DNA of 61,027 nucleotides, the filler included, from Sphacelaria rigidula (Eukaryota), in the NCBI GenBank assembly GCA_964200075.2. It is 6 parts of 6 records of this genome, joined end to end, with 100 filler letters (N's around TTAATTAATTAA, not from the genome) between each part and the next. Parts side by side here need not be neighbours in the genome. Positions count along the whole stretch, not along the records: positions 20,380 to 30,468 come from CAXNAA020007171.1; positions 30,569 to 40,655 come from CAXNAA020007172.1; 4 more parts are not named here. One strand, 5' to 3'. The position numbers and the translations under genes are program-made. Numbering within the stretch: position 1 is the stretch's first letter; the number at the start of each line of letters is the position of its first letter. Shown here in pieces: positions 21,871 through 35,446 of the stretch. Under the pieces are notes generated by a model that was not told the DNA's origin, ran no database searches, and saw nothing but the letters and a program-made list of their open reading frames with translations.

Positions 21871-24800
21871 AATATATGGACGGGTAGGTGGGCATGTATC
21901 GCGTCAAGAGAAACCATGAGGTGCTGCTGCAACGATACATACCGAACACACGCTATGCACATTGTGTTGATATCATCGTGTGTGTGATTGATTGTACACC
22001 GCCGGTTGTCGATATGTTGTAGGAACAAGATATATCGGAGATGTATCGCGAGAGTATATATTGCAGGCGTTGTGCACCTGGCCATATGCTGTCGGATAGA
22101 ACCGGCGAGCCTGGAGATGCAACCCATAATGACTTTCGAACACGTTTCGATAGGGTTCTCCAAAATACGATATACAGCGCACGCCGGTATATATATATCA
22201 CCTATCGACTCACCCTTGCGACCCTCTTCTCCATCCACTACTGCACCGGTTGATATTACGAGGCCGTGTCTCGAGACATGTGCAAACGTGTGACCTACAC
22301 CCGAACACCACGACACGTGAGACTGAGAGCTCCGGTACCCCCGCGAACGAATAAACAAAATGTAGCTCGAGCCGTAGCTGCTTATTAGCCGAGCACGTTG
22401 TGTTCTGCTTCGGTCCAATCGGTGCAGAGCTCGACGAGGAGCAGCAGTTTGGGTCAGACGAGCGCGCACAACACTCACGCATGACGGTCGGCACCGACAA
22501 ATCTTGGGGGCGAAAATGGACACGCATGCGGGCACCCTTCCTCTGACGCTCGACGGATTCTCGTCACACGAAGACTCCTGTGTGTAGATGAACACCAGCT
22601 AGCAGTGCAGCTGATGAGTGCAAGCTGTGGGTGCCTGTGCAGGTTTTTCGTGGCTCAGTTCGTAGGGTATGTGCCCTTCTGTCGCATATTTCTAGTACCA
22701 GCCCATAAAAATTTGGGCCAACGACCACTGCTGGAAACGTCGAATTGTCGAACCTGTGCACAGGCCTGGCTCGTATCTAGACAGAATGTGTTTCTTCTTG
22801 AATCGTCTCCGTGGCTTGTTCTTCCAAAGTGCTGGCCGCCAGGGTACATCATGGGGGTGGCGAACTCATCAACCGCGCTCATCTTGCCGTGGTACCAGAC
22901 GTCTTCAGCGGACCACAGTGGCCGTGATATGGGGCGTCCCATGCGATGGACGTGACACCACCAGCGAGAGGGGGGCTGCGCTTGCACGACCTCTACACAG
23001 TGCATCACAGGAACGTTGGGCACAGCGACCAGTCCCTGACCAGCCACCGTGCAACTTCACCTAGACCGCGAGAAATGGATAGGGGCGTCACTCTTTGGCT
23101 CACCGCCATCGCCACACGCCGCCGTTACGTCAAACAACACACTGCCCGCCGCTTCTGACAATTGTGTGTGCAAAAGGGATTGTGCACTGCGGTAGTACTG
23201 TGCTTCTCGTGTGTCTTGTCACTGTGCCGCAAGTGCTTCCTCTCAATTCCCCTCTGCTCCGTCTTAACAGCACCTCTGAATATGCTTGGTTTTGCCGCCG
23301 CAGACAGGGGGAGCGGGAAGAAATATTTAATCAAATACGAGGCATGAATCTCCTTCATCGGCAGGGAGCCGGGGAGAAGGGAGGAAGTAGTTGCAGCGGA
23401 GAAGGCGAGACACACGAGCAGTGCAGGGCTATACTAACGGTGCGCAGCCCGTTCCACACACACAACAGTAAGCGGCGGAGAAATGTGTGCTATTTCCTGC
23501 GATAGAGACGTTGGGCAGACTCTGACGCAACATGCAGTTTCGAAGCTTTGCCTTACACGCACGCCGGCTGGTCAGGAAGTAGTTTTGTGATCAATGCTGG
23601 TGCAGTGCGGTGTGGCACTTCATATGCCCAACGTACTTCTGGTAGTAAGAAGTGAACGGCATGGGACGTTGCGCATCACTGCCAACTGAATCAGCTCAGC
23701 AACAGTGCTGCTTCCGACAGAGAACAGACACATTTGGCACCTCCACCACCATGAACTAGAGCCTTTGGCGTGGGACGGGGGTGTGCTCAGGATCTTGCAT
23801 GCCGTAGTCATGAGATCATTGGCGTCGCACGGGGGAGGAGAGGGGGTGAATATCCTGTCAAATTGTAGAGGATAACCTCAGACGCGTAGGGAGGGCCTGG
23901 CAGTCATCATCCCCGCTCCTACCTCTCGTCCAAAATACATCAACATTGAAGTTTCAGGGGCCTTGCTATGGTGAAAACGCCATGGCTACCCTTGGTGCAG
24001 CACCTGACGACATCCGTTCACTTCATGTTATCGGTTTGTCTACTACATACAGTCCTGTACTGTCGGTTCTCGTGCTTGCACCTTCCGTGTACGATACTCT
24101 GCCCATGCGGCTACGCTGTACGTACCATACTCAGGGCGCACTGTTGCTCAATCACGGTTGGGTTCGGAGCCAGGTAGGGCACATCACACGAACGACTACC
24201 GCACGTTGCGCAGCTAATAGCATCTTCTCCATGACCATACATGGAGTATTTTGAGAGACACGACGCGTGATACGTTTTGCTGTAGTCAGCGCCGTATTGG
24301 GCAAAGCTAATATGGTGAGGGTTCTGTCCTTCTTCATCCATAGACATGGGCATACATGCATTTGCCTCCATACGCGTGTATCATTAGTAGTATCTTCCAT
24401 CGTGTTTGCCGGGAGATGAAGGGAAGGCGACGGACAGGAACGCGAGGTCATCAGGGACACAAACAACACTGGATGGGGTGTTTTCTCAACGCATCACGTA
24501 CACGCCGGCGGATAGTGGACAAAATCTCGGCTGCCGCCAGTTCTCATTTGCGACTTGGTCACGGCGCGAATCGGACACAGGCATACCCAATCCCACGCGA
24601 AGCGAGGCACTACCCATCGGCGCCGTAGTTGGTAGAATATGTACGGGAATCTTGGATTAGTCAAGGGTACGCGAAGAACGATATCCCGCACACCTACCTA
24701 ACCCCCGTGCCTCACCCCCCCTCTGTGGGTCGGGAAAAAAACGTCCGTTTCTATATTATTTTCTCTGTTTTCCCCCTGTCAATTAGTGTGTTCAGTGCGC

Positions 24801-25676
24801 ACAGTTACCCCTAAAATACGTGCTAAATGCCTACGTTACTGGAAACACCTACAGACTGATTCACGCGAAGGACTCCAAATTCTGTCAACAAATGCCTTCT
24901 GCAATACGCACCGAATAATCGCATACATGATATCATACCGACCGCAATGAACAGACGAAGAGGGTGACATAGACGAATTTTTGTTCAAGGTTATAGCGGT
25001 GGTGCTATGGCAAACATGTATTTTAACCAATCAGCGCCCTCCAAACTGCTCTGAAATTGAAAATACGAGTTCCAAGCCCAATTTGCACCGAATCTCCAAA
25101 TGCTTCGAATCGTAGTGATCGCCATCACCTCAAGAATCCTCCGGGAGAAACAGATTTGAGAACGATTCCAACGGGCTGCATTATACCCGAAACCGTAATG
25201 TTTCGGCGATATAGAGTTTGGGGTCGTCTAATTTCCACTCATGATACGTACGAGAGACTCAGGGAGCCTCGTGATGATTTCCCTTGTTCTGTTGTAGACA
25301 AGCTCAGATCATCCTCAAACTTGGCAGTTCGGTAGGTATTGATGCTCCAAATGGAAAAATTGTCTTCTTGGCAAGGTTTTTAAATTTCTCCGTTCTTTAC
25401 CGGCTTCCGGGGGTCCCAGTACAAAAGACCCCCGGAAGGAGGTACGAAATGGCTCGAAAAAAGTTAATAACAATGTGCGTCCCGGAATAGTCTAAGTAAC
25501 ACACGTACAACGTTGGTGGAGAAACTCGAGAAACCCCATACAGTTTTTCTTGCCCTGACGTATAATTCACCCAAAAAAGACCTCATCATACTAAAACCAA
25601 GTAGTTAGAAGTTTGCACGTTTGAAATTCACATCCTCGCACAAACGCGCAAGCCATCACGCAGTTGTTAGGAGTTA

Positions 25677-26134
25677 GACCCACTTTAATGGCAACGAATC
25701 CCGATTTTTACAAATAGGATGATTTCAGCCCCCGTCTTCAAGCGATTTTCTCCCGTGGGTTGATTTTTCGGACCCCAGTCCGTTGGACAATGTTTCCCGG
25801 CTAGCTGTGAGCAAACCAGATCATTTCTCCGATTTTCTGGGCGTTGACTTTCGATACATCACCGTCCTGCTGAAATCGGGACACTCCCGCATCTCCCCCA
25901 TTTTTTTTTAATCGGGGGAGATGCGGGAGTGTCCCGATTTGGGCAGAAATGTGATAAACAAAAAGTCAACGTCCATAGAATCGGAGAAATGATCTGGTTT
26001 GATCACAGCTAGCCGAAAAACATTGTCCAACGGACTGGGGTCCGAGACATCAATCCACGGGAGAAAATCGCCTGTAGATGAGCTGAAATCCTCATCTTTG
26101 AAAAAATCGGGACTCGTAGCCATAAAAGTGGGTC
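25677..26134. repeat. ~460-bp foldback (arms ~225 bp, minimal spacer)
   Basis: GACCCACTTTAATGGC...GGACACTCCCGCATCTCCCCC is mirrored by GGGGGAGATGCGGGAGTGTCC...GCCATAAAAGTGGGTC. Confidence 0.88.
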
Positions 26135-28114
26135 CTAGACCCTGAAACTTTGCACAAATGTGCTATGAATCATGACGCAAGTTTCGGTCAACGACGTTCG
26201 TCTACTTCTTGAATTTGTTTATCGTTTTTCGGGGGTCCGACGGGATCGAACTCGTTTTTCGAAGTCGTCCATTCCGGGACTCCGGAAAACCGGCACTACG
26301 ATACATATTTATATATATGTGTGTACATGTATTATTTCGTATTCTTCGCCACCTTTGCCGAGTTTTCTCCGACGGCAAAGCATCTTATACCGCGTTTTTT
26401 TTTGCAATGCACAGAGAAGGTGCAGCGGTACATTACCTGTGAGGATTAGGTGTCGGTGGCGCGTGTTCTGGGCATCGAAAGTTGCCCACTGGCTCTATTT
26501 CCCGGGGTGCCGATCCCGAACCAAAAAAGCCTCCTCAAGATCGAGCAAAACTCAAAAAAGGAACTAGAACCACAAAAGCGTGTTCATGGCGGGGTATTTC
26601 TTCACAGTGTGATTATCGATATAGTTCATCGGTTGTCGGCATGAGTGCTATGAGTCGAGAGTAGAGCGCCAATTGAAAGTACCTTTGATCATTCGCTTTC
26701 ACTTGGGCAAACGTTCATTCCGTATGTTCTCTTCTTTGCCCCCATCACCGTCGTTTGCATCCAGCGACACGTCGACATCATACTGAGGGATATGGAGGGC
26801 ATCGGTGACAAGCCACCACAGATCGCATGTAGTGCGTGGTGAAAGGATTTGAAATTAATCATTCACTGATTGACCGCTTTACATTTTCACTGTATAGTAT
26901 CTACTCTCAAGCTCACTAGAACACTGTTCATCCTGCATGCAGAGCTATTTGTTGAACTGTCAGTGTACCTTGGTAGCAACAGTTTATAAACGTTCTGCAT
27001 GCAGAGCTACACCTTTTGAACATGAATGAGTGATACGAATGCACTCTCCTGTATTGAGGACATACTATCAACAGGTGAGGTAGAAATAGTCCTGTATACA
27101 AGGCTGCACCTATCGTGCTATTATTATACCGTTCAGCTGATCACTTTCAAGAGACGTTTATTCGGGTGTTGACCTGATGTTGAACGCATCACAATAGTTG
27201 GGGAAGAAAAATTTACCACCGGCTCATCTGTTAAACACTAAACGAAAGCATGTTTAAATCATCAATAGTTGTATCTCAAACTCGGACTCAAACAATATAG
27301 AACAAAGAGCGAGCGAATTGACCAAGAAACCGAGGGAAAAGTTGGATATACCTCTGTTGATGATAAGATGGAAGTAGTAGATATCCATGCCTCGTCAGCA
27401 GGTGACCAGCTGTCGTGGGCAAATACTTCGAACTGACTGAAAAAATCCAGAATCCGGCCAAGAGAAAAACTGGGAGTACGAAATATCGGACAAGCGTGCT
27501 GAATTCCTCGTGAAAAATAGAGCAAATCTTTCCAAGGAGGCCAAATCCGCCAAGGCCCGTATTCCATCGATAATCCGTGATGAAAGGTTCAAAACGGCAG
27601 TTTTCAGACAGATTTTTTTCAGTGCATATGTACAAGAGGCGGCCTGACAGGGGATCAGCACTACCTTTCCCTCGTGGACCGTCTGCTGGATATATGGCTA
27701 GGTAGGTAGGTAGCTATCTAGGCGACATTATCTGGCAACACCACAGACTGTAATATTTTTTTTCGAAACAAGACCATACAGTTCATTAAGTTCGCGACCA
27801 TGGGGTTGGACGGCTTGGGGGTTTCTACTCTATATTCATTTTCGAAACAAGATCGTGCAGCACAATAAATCCGTAACCATGGGTTCGGAGGGCTCAGGTG
27901 TTTCTCCCCCAACACAAGAGTAGTTACATGCACGTGTACTAACGACTAACGCACCCGAGCGGAATTTATGGCTAAGTAGCTGAGAATGAGTTGGATGGAG
28001 TTTGCATGGTCCTGTGAACAGGTGTTATCTGGCGTGGTAATCTTCAAGATAGGAGTGAAGCGCCGCTTCGTGCCTTTCGACCGCATGTTTTCGATCGAAA
28101 ACGATTGTTTTACA

Positions 28115-28373
28115 CACTTTGCATCACCCCACAGAGAAGAGCATAGCCCACTTTTCAGGTTCTCCTGGCTCCAAGGTTTCCGAGGGTGGCCGCTGCACAA
28201 TAATCCGTGTGCAATAAAATTTATGGCGATCTCCACAGATTATTGGGCGGAGTGATGTTGACAAGCACAGATTATTGCACACGACTCATTGTTCAGCGGC
28301 CAATCCCAAAACCTCGGAGCCAAGCGAATCTGAAAAGTAGGTCAAGCTCCTCTCTGTGGGGTGATGCAAAGTG
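28115..28373. mobile_element. MITE-like inverted repeat element
   Basis: CACTTTGCATCACCCCACAGAG / CTCTGTGGGGTGATGCAAAGTG termini; ~100-bp imperfect arms. Confidence 0.7.
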
Positions 28374-29369
28374 TACGAGACGCGTGTAAGCGATTTTCCC
28401 TGTATGGGGGTCAAAACGTGGGTTCAAGGACCCAAAAGTGAACAATCCGTGGCCCAAAATTCTGTTTGCCATTCACATCCGGCCTTCATACCGTAGGGCC
28501 ATTTTTCATGAAAAAAGGTGAAAGATCGGAGCGTAGCGGGATCTGACGTTTGTGGAACGGGTACAGGCTGGGCCGCCTGAGAAGCGGACATTCCTTCAGC
28601 CGGTTCCAACCGACGATCTATCGCAAGGTGTGCCTACTATGGCACATTGTGGTAATCTGCAAATCAACGCGCGTCTTTCACTCCACGTAGCACTGCGATC
28701 TGACAACTTCACATCAAACGAAATACCAAACCGCAGTCAGCTACGAAGTGTAGAGAGTTGAGGGTGGTATGTGCGGCGGAATTAGGGGGGGAAAACGGTT
28801 GAAATCGCATTTACGGTTACAGTCCGTTGTGCCGCGGTCGCAGAGTGATGGGGCTGCAATAGTTGTGGTTGTACAACAAGGCATATCGTACTGTAAGCGC
28901 GCAGTGTCTGAGATGGCACGCAGACGAGACCTCCAGCGCGCCAAGGCGTCGCGCTTGTAGAAAACGTCAAAGTCCCGGCTGAGGTTAATGCACTCTAAAA
29001 GCAAGTGAACCGATTCTCGACAGAAAAACGCGATTTCACTGCTCAATTCGAAGTTGTTTTCCATGAAATATTGACACGATGTACGTAGGGTATATGTGGA
29101 GCCCCTACCGTTTGCCCCTCTTTTTAATTTATTTTTCTCGCATGTTATTGGTGATCTAGATTTTCCAACAGTTTTTCCTGATACAAAAGCGTCGACGACT
29201 CGATGAAAAATGACAGAAATTTCAAGGGGGGACAATAGGGACTTCACAACACATATCATGCGCATCGTGTCGAAAGTTCGTGAAAAAATACTTGAAATTG
29301 AACAGCATAACCGCACTTCAGTTTTTCGTGGCTGGTAATTCTCCACATAAGAACCCGTCTTGGACACGA

Positions 29370-29649
29370 ACACGCGATTTAGCAGCTTAATTCCTGGTCG
29401 TTTTCGATGAAAGTTTGACACGATGTACAGGATGTATGTGCAAAGACGTCACCATTTGCCCCGTGCATTTTTGTTTTTTTCTCCGTGAGTTATCGGCGAC
29501 CAAACATTTCAGAACACTTTTTTTCGGAAGAAAATCGTGAATAATTAAAAAAAAATGTACGGGGCAAATAGTGGCGTCTTCGCACATACGTCCTGGACAT
29601 TGTGTCAAAATTTCAACCACCCAAACTTGAGCTGCTTCATCGCGTGTCC
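29370..29649. repeat. Imperfect inverted repeat (MITE-like); related partial copy at ~29028-29160
   Basis: ACACGCGATTTAGCAGCT...TTGACACGATGTACAGGATGTATGTGC is mirrored by GCACATACGTCCTGGACATTGTGTCAA...AGCTGCTTCATCGCGTGT. Confidence 0.65.
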
Positions 29650-30468
29650 ATATCCCTGTCCGCGTCTTGGCGGCCCAGCCTGTACGAAAGTAAACAATTT
29701 AGGCTAATGTGAGGGCAATTAATTGTGGAACGGTTGATGCAAACAAATAGGTCAGTCACGGAGATTGAGATTGCTTGGATCACATCGTGTATTCACAATC
29801 GGGGTAAATATTATATTAATACCGTAGTCGGACCGGGAGGGACAGGCTCCGGGCATTGCGTATGGCACGATTTTAGAGGAAACCAGAAGAGGCGTGTAAT
29901 AGGGAATGCGATAGCAGAGATGAACACATGCACAAATTTGCATGTTACGGTCTGGCTTGAATTTGCGTTGCGTCACATCTGATATTCACGTATATCAAAC
30001 TCGGCTCCCGGTATCCTGGTTTATCCGCTGGCTCTGAGTGGTGTCCTATTTTTTCAAGTGAAAGTGATAGGACGTGACCTGGCGGTCAAAGGGTCTCATT
30101 TTCTGATGAATCGGCTTCACGTTCACTCGAAAAAATAGGACAAGACAAACCAGGATGCCGGGAGCCGAGTTTGGGACACCTCTGATAACAAATATTCCAC
30201 ATCCATGTCATGATGAGAGGAGCAAATCCCTGGAAACTTATAAATTCCCAGACAACGAGATTTTTCCAAATCTCTCTGGCAAGAGCCATCGATTCCCAGA
30301 AACGTTCCTCTGTCTGGGAATTGACGTTCCATCACACACTCCTCGCCTACGGGTGTAGTACAGTCAGTCCAGAAGTAGTCGTGCATGTTGTATGTACAGT
30401 ACCGTGCGGACAGACATTACAGTCCATACATTACACAAGAACCTCTCACATATCTTATCCCCGTCCTG

Positions 30469-30568
30469 NNNNNNNNNNNNNNNNNNNNNNNNNNNNNNNN
30501 NNNNNNNNNNNNTTAATTAATTAANNNNNNNNNNNNNNNNNNNNNNNNNNNNNNNNNNNNNNNNNNNN
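30469..30568. other. Artificial assembly spacer
   Basis: N44-TTAATTAATTAA-N44. Confidence 0.97.
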
Positions 30569-31499
30569 AACAAGGATCGGGTTTCAAGTAGCACTGACAG
30601 TCCCGTGGGCTCCTCGTATGAGCAGAACGTGTTTTCGTTGAAATCTGCACCACAGGCGCAGATTTTCAAGGACTCACTTTGTTCAAAGAATATATGTACC
30701 GCCCTTGCCCGAGGGTTCTCGGTGTGCGTTGGGTTGGATAAACCCAACTAGCCTCCTGGCATTCCAGCGTATCGTAAGCATGGACGAAAAGCTACGCAGT
30801 GGCATGCAGCATATGTGGAACAACAACGGAAGTAACGGTAGGGTTCTCTATATGAATTTTGGATCCATGTCGTTCTCTTCCGATGACGTTGGGCATATTT
30901 TACCCGACGAGCCTGAATAAGCCCCAAAAGTCGATCTGTTCGTGTCTTTTCGTGATTTTGGTCGGTGACACTTTTTTTGCTCAGTTTGGAGGGTCAGGCG
31001 CGCCCATAACAGTCTCATGCGATAACGAAGTGGAACTACTGTGACCCACGACGTGTTGTGCTTTTTCTCGACATGAAAAGGCGAGACATCACACGCGAGC
31101 CATCAACCGGCGCATTTAGCCTCGATACTCTTTCGTCTCGGGCTCGTGAAACCTGTTTCAGGAGCATCTGCTGACAATTTATTTCAGTAGAGTTTACCGG
31201 CGTTGGGCTACGTTTTAGAATGGTTGATATTACTTGATTTGAGTGTGAACGACGAGAATCGAGATTCTAGCAGGGCTGACAGTCCCGTGTACTCCTCGTG
31301 TGCACAGAACGCATTTTTGTTGAAATCGGCGCCACAGGCGCCGATTTGGGGTCTACCAAGGCCGCACTTTGCCTTGGTAATGTATGTTCCGCACTTGGCC
31401 AAGGGTACTCGGTATGCGTTGGGTTGGGGTTAGGGTAAGGGGTAGCGATACTTGTAAAATTGTGTCAAGCATTCTGAAACGTAGGCTAACGACGGTTAA

Positions 31500-31600
31500 C
31501 CCTTCGACCGCGGTGCGGGTAGTCCATCTGGATCACGCATAATTTTTCAAGTGAAAATTGATGCCGATTCAGCAGGTGATCTACCCTCGCGGTGTAAGGG
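31500..31600. mobile_element. ~100-bp piggyBac-like MITE
   Basis: TTAA|CCCTTCGACCGCG...CGCGGTGTAAGGG|TTCA; homologues at 35341-35446, 36709-36823 and ~40856-40951. Confidence 0.65.
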
Positions 31601-32068
31601 TTCACTAGCCTCGTATGCTACACGTCAACGTGTCGTGCAACAATTGGAAATGTGCATATAGCCGTCTTTCAAATAAATTGTTGACTCTCAATTCGATCTG
31701 TTACTCTCAATCTCACGAAAACATCATTAGTCCTACTCAAGTATTATTTCGCGATCGAGAACGTTCCGTTGGAAGAATGATGCCGAAATAGCCCCCCTAC
31801 AAGAAGTGCACTCTAGATCGTCCGACAAACCGGCTGCGGTCCCACTTTTGGGGTCGTTTGCAGTAATTTCGCCCACATGAGCGGCGTGTAGCAGTCCGGA
31901 ATCCGCTATAACGCCCAAATGAGTCGCGTCGTGCAGTACTAAATCAGATGTGATGGCATTTGTGATCACCGCCTCCGCGCACTTACTTTTTGGGCCGGTT
32001 CGGGGGGGGGGCTATCTCGGCAGCAGTCGGAAAGGAAAATCTCCGATGTGATGGCTCGTTTTGAACTA

Positions 32069-32617
32069 CAGTAGTGGGCGGTCTACCTGTTCATTTTGAG
32101 GCATTTTGTGATTTCTTCGTAATTTGCGACTTTCTTGAGTTCTTTTCGCTTGCCACCACTCAGCACATTGGGGATCTGAAGATATTTGTGTCCGCTCCAC
32201 TTTTCAACAAAAAAAATCATCTGTACTCAACATTGAGTGACTTACGGGCTGAACCGTCATCGGGGGTCCTGCGATGTTTCAGCCCAGATTCTTACTCTTC
32301 GGTGTTTTCGGTCGATCGAGCCTGTCCCGATCATACTTAAAAAAAAATGTACAGTTTTATTTTTTGGAAATTCTGCCTACTCATCGTACTAGAGCCGAAA
32401 AACTGTGTTTCACGGTCAATAACACCCTCCTGTTGAACGGGGTATTTACTCGTTCCGCCCCATAACACCAACTAGCACTGACTTGGGCACTGTGTTTTGA
32501 GGACGATCTGTTCATTGTACCAAAATCTACCGACGCTCGCAATTTCGAGTTCCATCGAAGAGTAGTACGCGACGAAAACCTCAAAACCTCGCTAGATAGT
32601 TAGACCGCCCACTACTG
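32069..32617. mobile_element. Tc1/mariner-type MITE, copy 1
   Basis: TA|CAGTAGTGGGCGGTCTA...TAGACCGCCCACTACTG|TA, 549 bp. Confidence 0.88.
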
Positions 32618-32634
32618 TACTGTATCTAAATTTA

Positions 32635-34073
32635 CAAGGTTGTGTTCTGTGGGGTACGGTTTCATGTACAGTAGTGGGCGGTCTAACTATTCATTTTGTG
32701 GTATCTTGTAATCTTTTCGTAGTTGTGGATTTTCTTGGGCTCTTCTCGCTTGCCACCGCCCATCACATCGGGGATCTGAAGATATTTGTATCCGCTCCAC
32801 ATTCCAAGAAGAAAAATCATCTGTACTCAACATTGAGTGACTTACGGGCTAACCGGTCATCGGGGGTCCTGCCACGTTTCAGCCCAGATTCTTACTCTTC
32901 TGTATTATCGGTCGATCGAGCTCGTCCCGATCATATTTGTGAAGAAATTTGCAGTATCATTTTTTTGAAATTGTGCCTACTCATTGCACTAGGGCCGAAA
33001 AACTGTATTTCACGGTCAATAACACCCTCCTGATGAATAGGGTATTTACTGCTTTCGCTCGATAACACCAACTCACTCTGACTTGGGCACTGTGTTTCGA
33101 GGATGACCTGCTTTTAGGTACCAAAATCTACCGTCGCCAGCAATTCCGAGTTATATCAAAGAGTAGTTCGCGGGGAAAACCCCAAGACACCCCTACACAG
33201 TTAGACCGCCCACTACTGTATACCCCGGGCATTTTGCCGAGTATCTACCGTGCCCGACAGTTCTGTGACTTCTGTAAGACTTTTATACCGGTACCTGACA
33301 GTCAACAATGTTTTCGTGAAATTGAGAGTAGAGGATGCGATTGAGAGTGAAAAGCTGTCAATTAGTGAATGAATCGTTTCAGTTCCGAAATGCCCCTCCG
33401 CGAGGCCCAATATGCTTCTGTCGTAGCTTGCCGCTGAGGTCCTTGATATTCCTGAGTAAGATATCGACGTGTAGCTGTAAGCACACGCCAGTGTTGGAGG
33501 CAAAGAAAAGCACACACGAAATAAAAAATTGGCTAAGTTAAAGCAAATGATCAAACTCACTCTCAATCAGCGCTCTACTCTCGATCTCATGAAAGCGCTG
33601 TTAGTTCTGTAATCTCTGGAAGACTTTCACACCCTTACCCGATAGTTCTGTAATATCTGTAAGATTCTCGTACCGTTACCAGGGGGCACGGATACGCTCT
33701 TGATGGTATACCTGATCGCGGGTACGGTTTTCTGTGTAACCTCCATACCCTACCCAACAGTTTCTGTGAGTTCTGTAAGCATCCCATACCCTTATCCGAC
33801 ATTTCTGTGAGTTCTGTACATTACCAGTACCCGGAGCGCGGTTATGCTCTTGAAAAAATACCCGATTGCCGGTACCGCTCCTCTGTAAGCCTTCCATACC
33901 GTACCCGATAAGTTCTGTAATTTATCTGAGACCTCCATCAAGTACCGGTACCCGACAGTTCCGTGAGCTCTGTAACCCTCCCATACCCCTATCCGGGGTC
34001 AGGATTGCAGGTATGAGCACAGGTATACCCCTTGGGGAGGTACGGATATAGGTTAAATCCGAACACAACCTTG
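32635..34073. mobile_element. Non-autonomous TIR element of the 20985-21870 family, carrying nested insertions
   Basis: CAAGGTTGTGTTC...GAACACAACCTTG termini and the same internal repeat units. A further right-end piece lies at ~34460-34972. Confidence 0.65.
32669..33218. mobile_element. Tc1/mariner-type MITE, copy 2
   Basis: Same 17-bp TIR and TA flanks, 550 bp, colinear with copy 1. Confidence 0.88.
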
Positions 34074-35340
34074 TTACCTGAGCATGTACCTTCCATCGGT
34101 CAATCCACCCAACTCCTTCTTTCAAAGCTGCAAACCAACAATAAATCAATATTGGAAAGCTCTTTAGTTTGGGATCTGACGGGAAACGAGGTGCCGCTGA
34201 GTCGAAACACGACACGTGAGCAGAGCCCTGCAGACCGTCAGGATGGATCACCCACGGACTCGAGCGGTGGCTCGAGCGGGGGCGGTTCATCTGCGCCATC
34301 AGAGGATCAAGTAGCAAGACGCACGTAATCGACGTTGATGGTGGTTGTGTCGTGGTCATCAAACTCCAGGCCGTTATCGACATGTATAGCACGGAGTATG
34401 AGCTGCCACCGAAAGTCGTCAAGGCCGTCGGCAATTTCATCGCGTGCCGAAGGGCTTCCAGAGAAGCCTCCCATACCCTTACCCGACAGTTCTATGAGTC
34501 ATGTACAAAAAAATTACCCTAACCTGGAGGGCGGGTATACCCAAAAAGAGTTACTCGATTGCCGGTACCGGTTTTCTCCAAGCCCTCCATGCCGTACCCG
34601 ACATATTTTGTAATTTCCAGAGCTCGGAAATGGTACCAGTTATAACTCCAAGCCATTATTTACCGTTACTGACTTTATAAGCCAGTGCCGGCTACGTGTG
34701 CTACATAAGGCCCTTGAAAATTGGGCCAAATTGAACGTATCTTGTCAACCATCTGAGAAAATGAACAGCGTGGACGAATCAGAAACGAGCGAATTCGATT
34801 CGACCGCACGTTTTTGACACGAAAACAATTTGATAACACACGACCTGAATCATGCATACTTTTTTTCACTTGAAATTGATGCCGATTCAACAGAGACTAA
34901 CCTCGCGGTCTGAGGGGTGAGGAATCTCACAGCCTTTACAGATCGTACCCGTACATTACTGAACACAACCTTTGAAATGTACGTTGATGGGTGAATCACG
35001 GACTATCAAATCGCAATTCTTGTTTTCCATCGCACTCTGCATCTGGAGAGTGATTTCGACCATCGTTGACATCAAGTACGAAAGTTGAACACATAACCAA
35101 TCTTCGTTGATGCACCCGCGTGCACATTCAATTTTTTCGGAGTTTTCCTTTCCCGCCGCACATTCTCGATCGAAAAATAATGGGCTTGGTGAAACACGCC
35201 CTAATATATGTATCTCAACCTCAAGGTTCCCGGTATGGATAACAGTAATTTACAGTCAGATATACAGTGAACCTTCCAGGCAGATATACCGGGATCATCG
35301 AGTATGAGATACCTCCAATTTAATTAAAACACGGCCTTAG

Positions 35341-35446
35341 CCCTTAGACTGCGAGAGTAGGTCATCCTCTGTTGAATCGGCACCAAGTCCTCTTGAAAAA
35401 CTCAAAGTAGTATGATCCAGATGGACTACCCGCATCGCGGTCTAGG
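35341..35446. mobile_element. piggyBac-like MITE (orientation opposite to the 31500 copy)
   Basis: CCCTTAGACTGCG...GATCCAGATGGACTACCCGCATCGCGGTCTAGG; degenerate TTAA flanks. Confidence 0.55.

Noticed and set aside
28741-29421. 226-aa minus-strand ORF
   Set aside because: Runs through inverted-repeat elements and has no protein motif.
31420-31445. Telomere-like GGGTTGGGGTTAGGGTAAGGGG
   Set aside because: Only one exact TTAGGG, at the end of a dispersed repeat also present at ~30570-30740.
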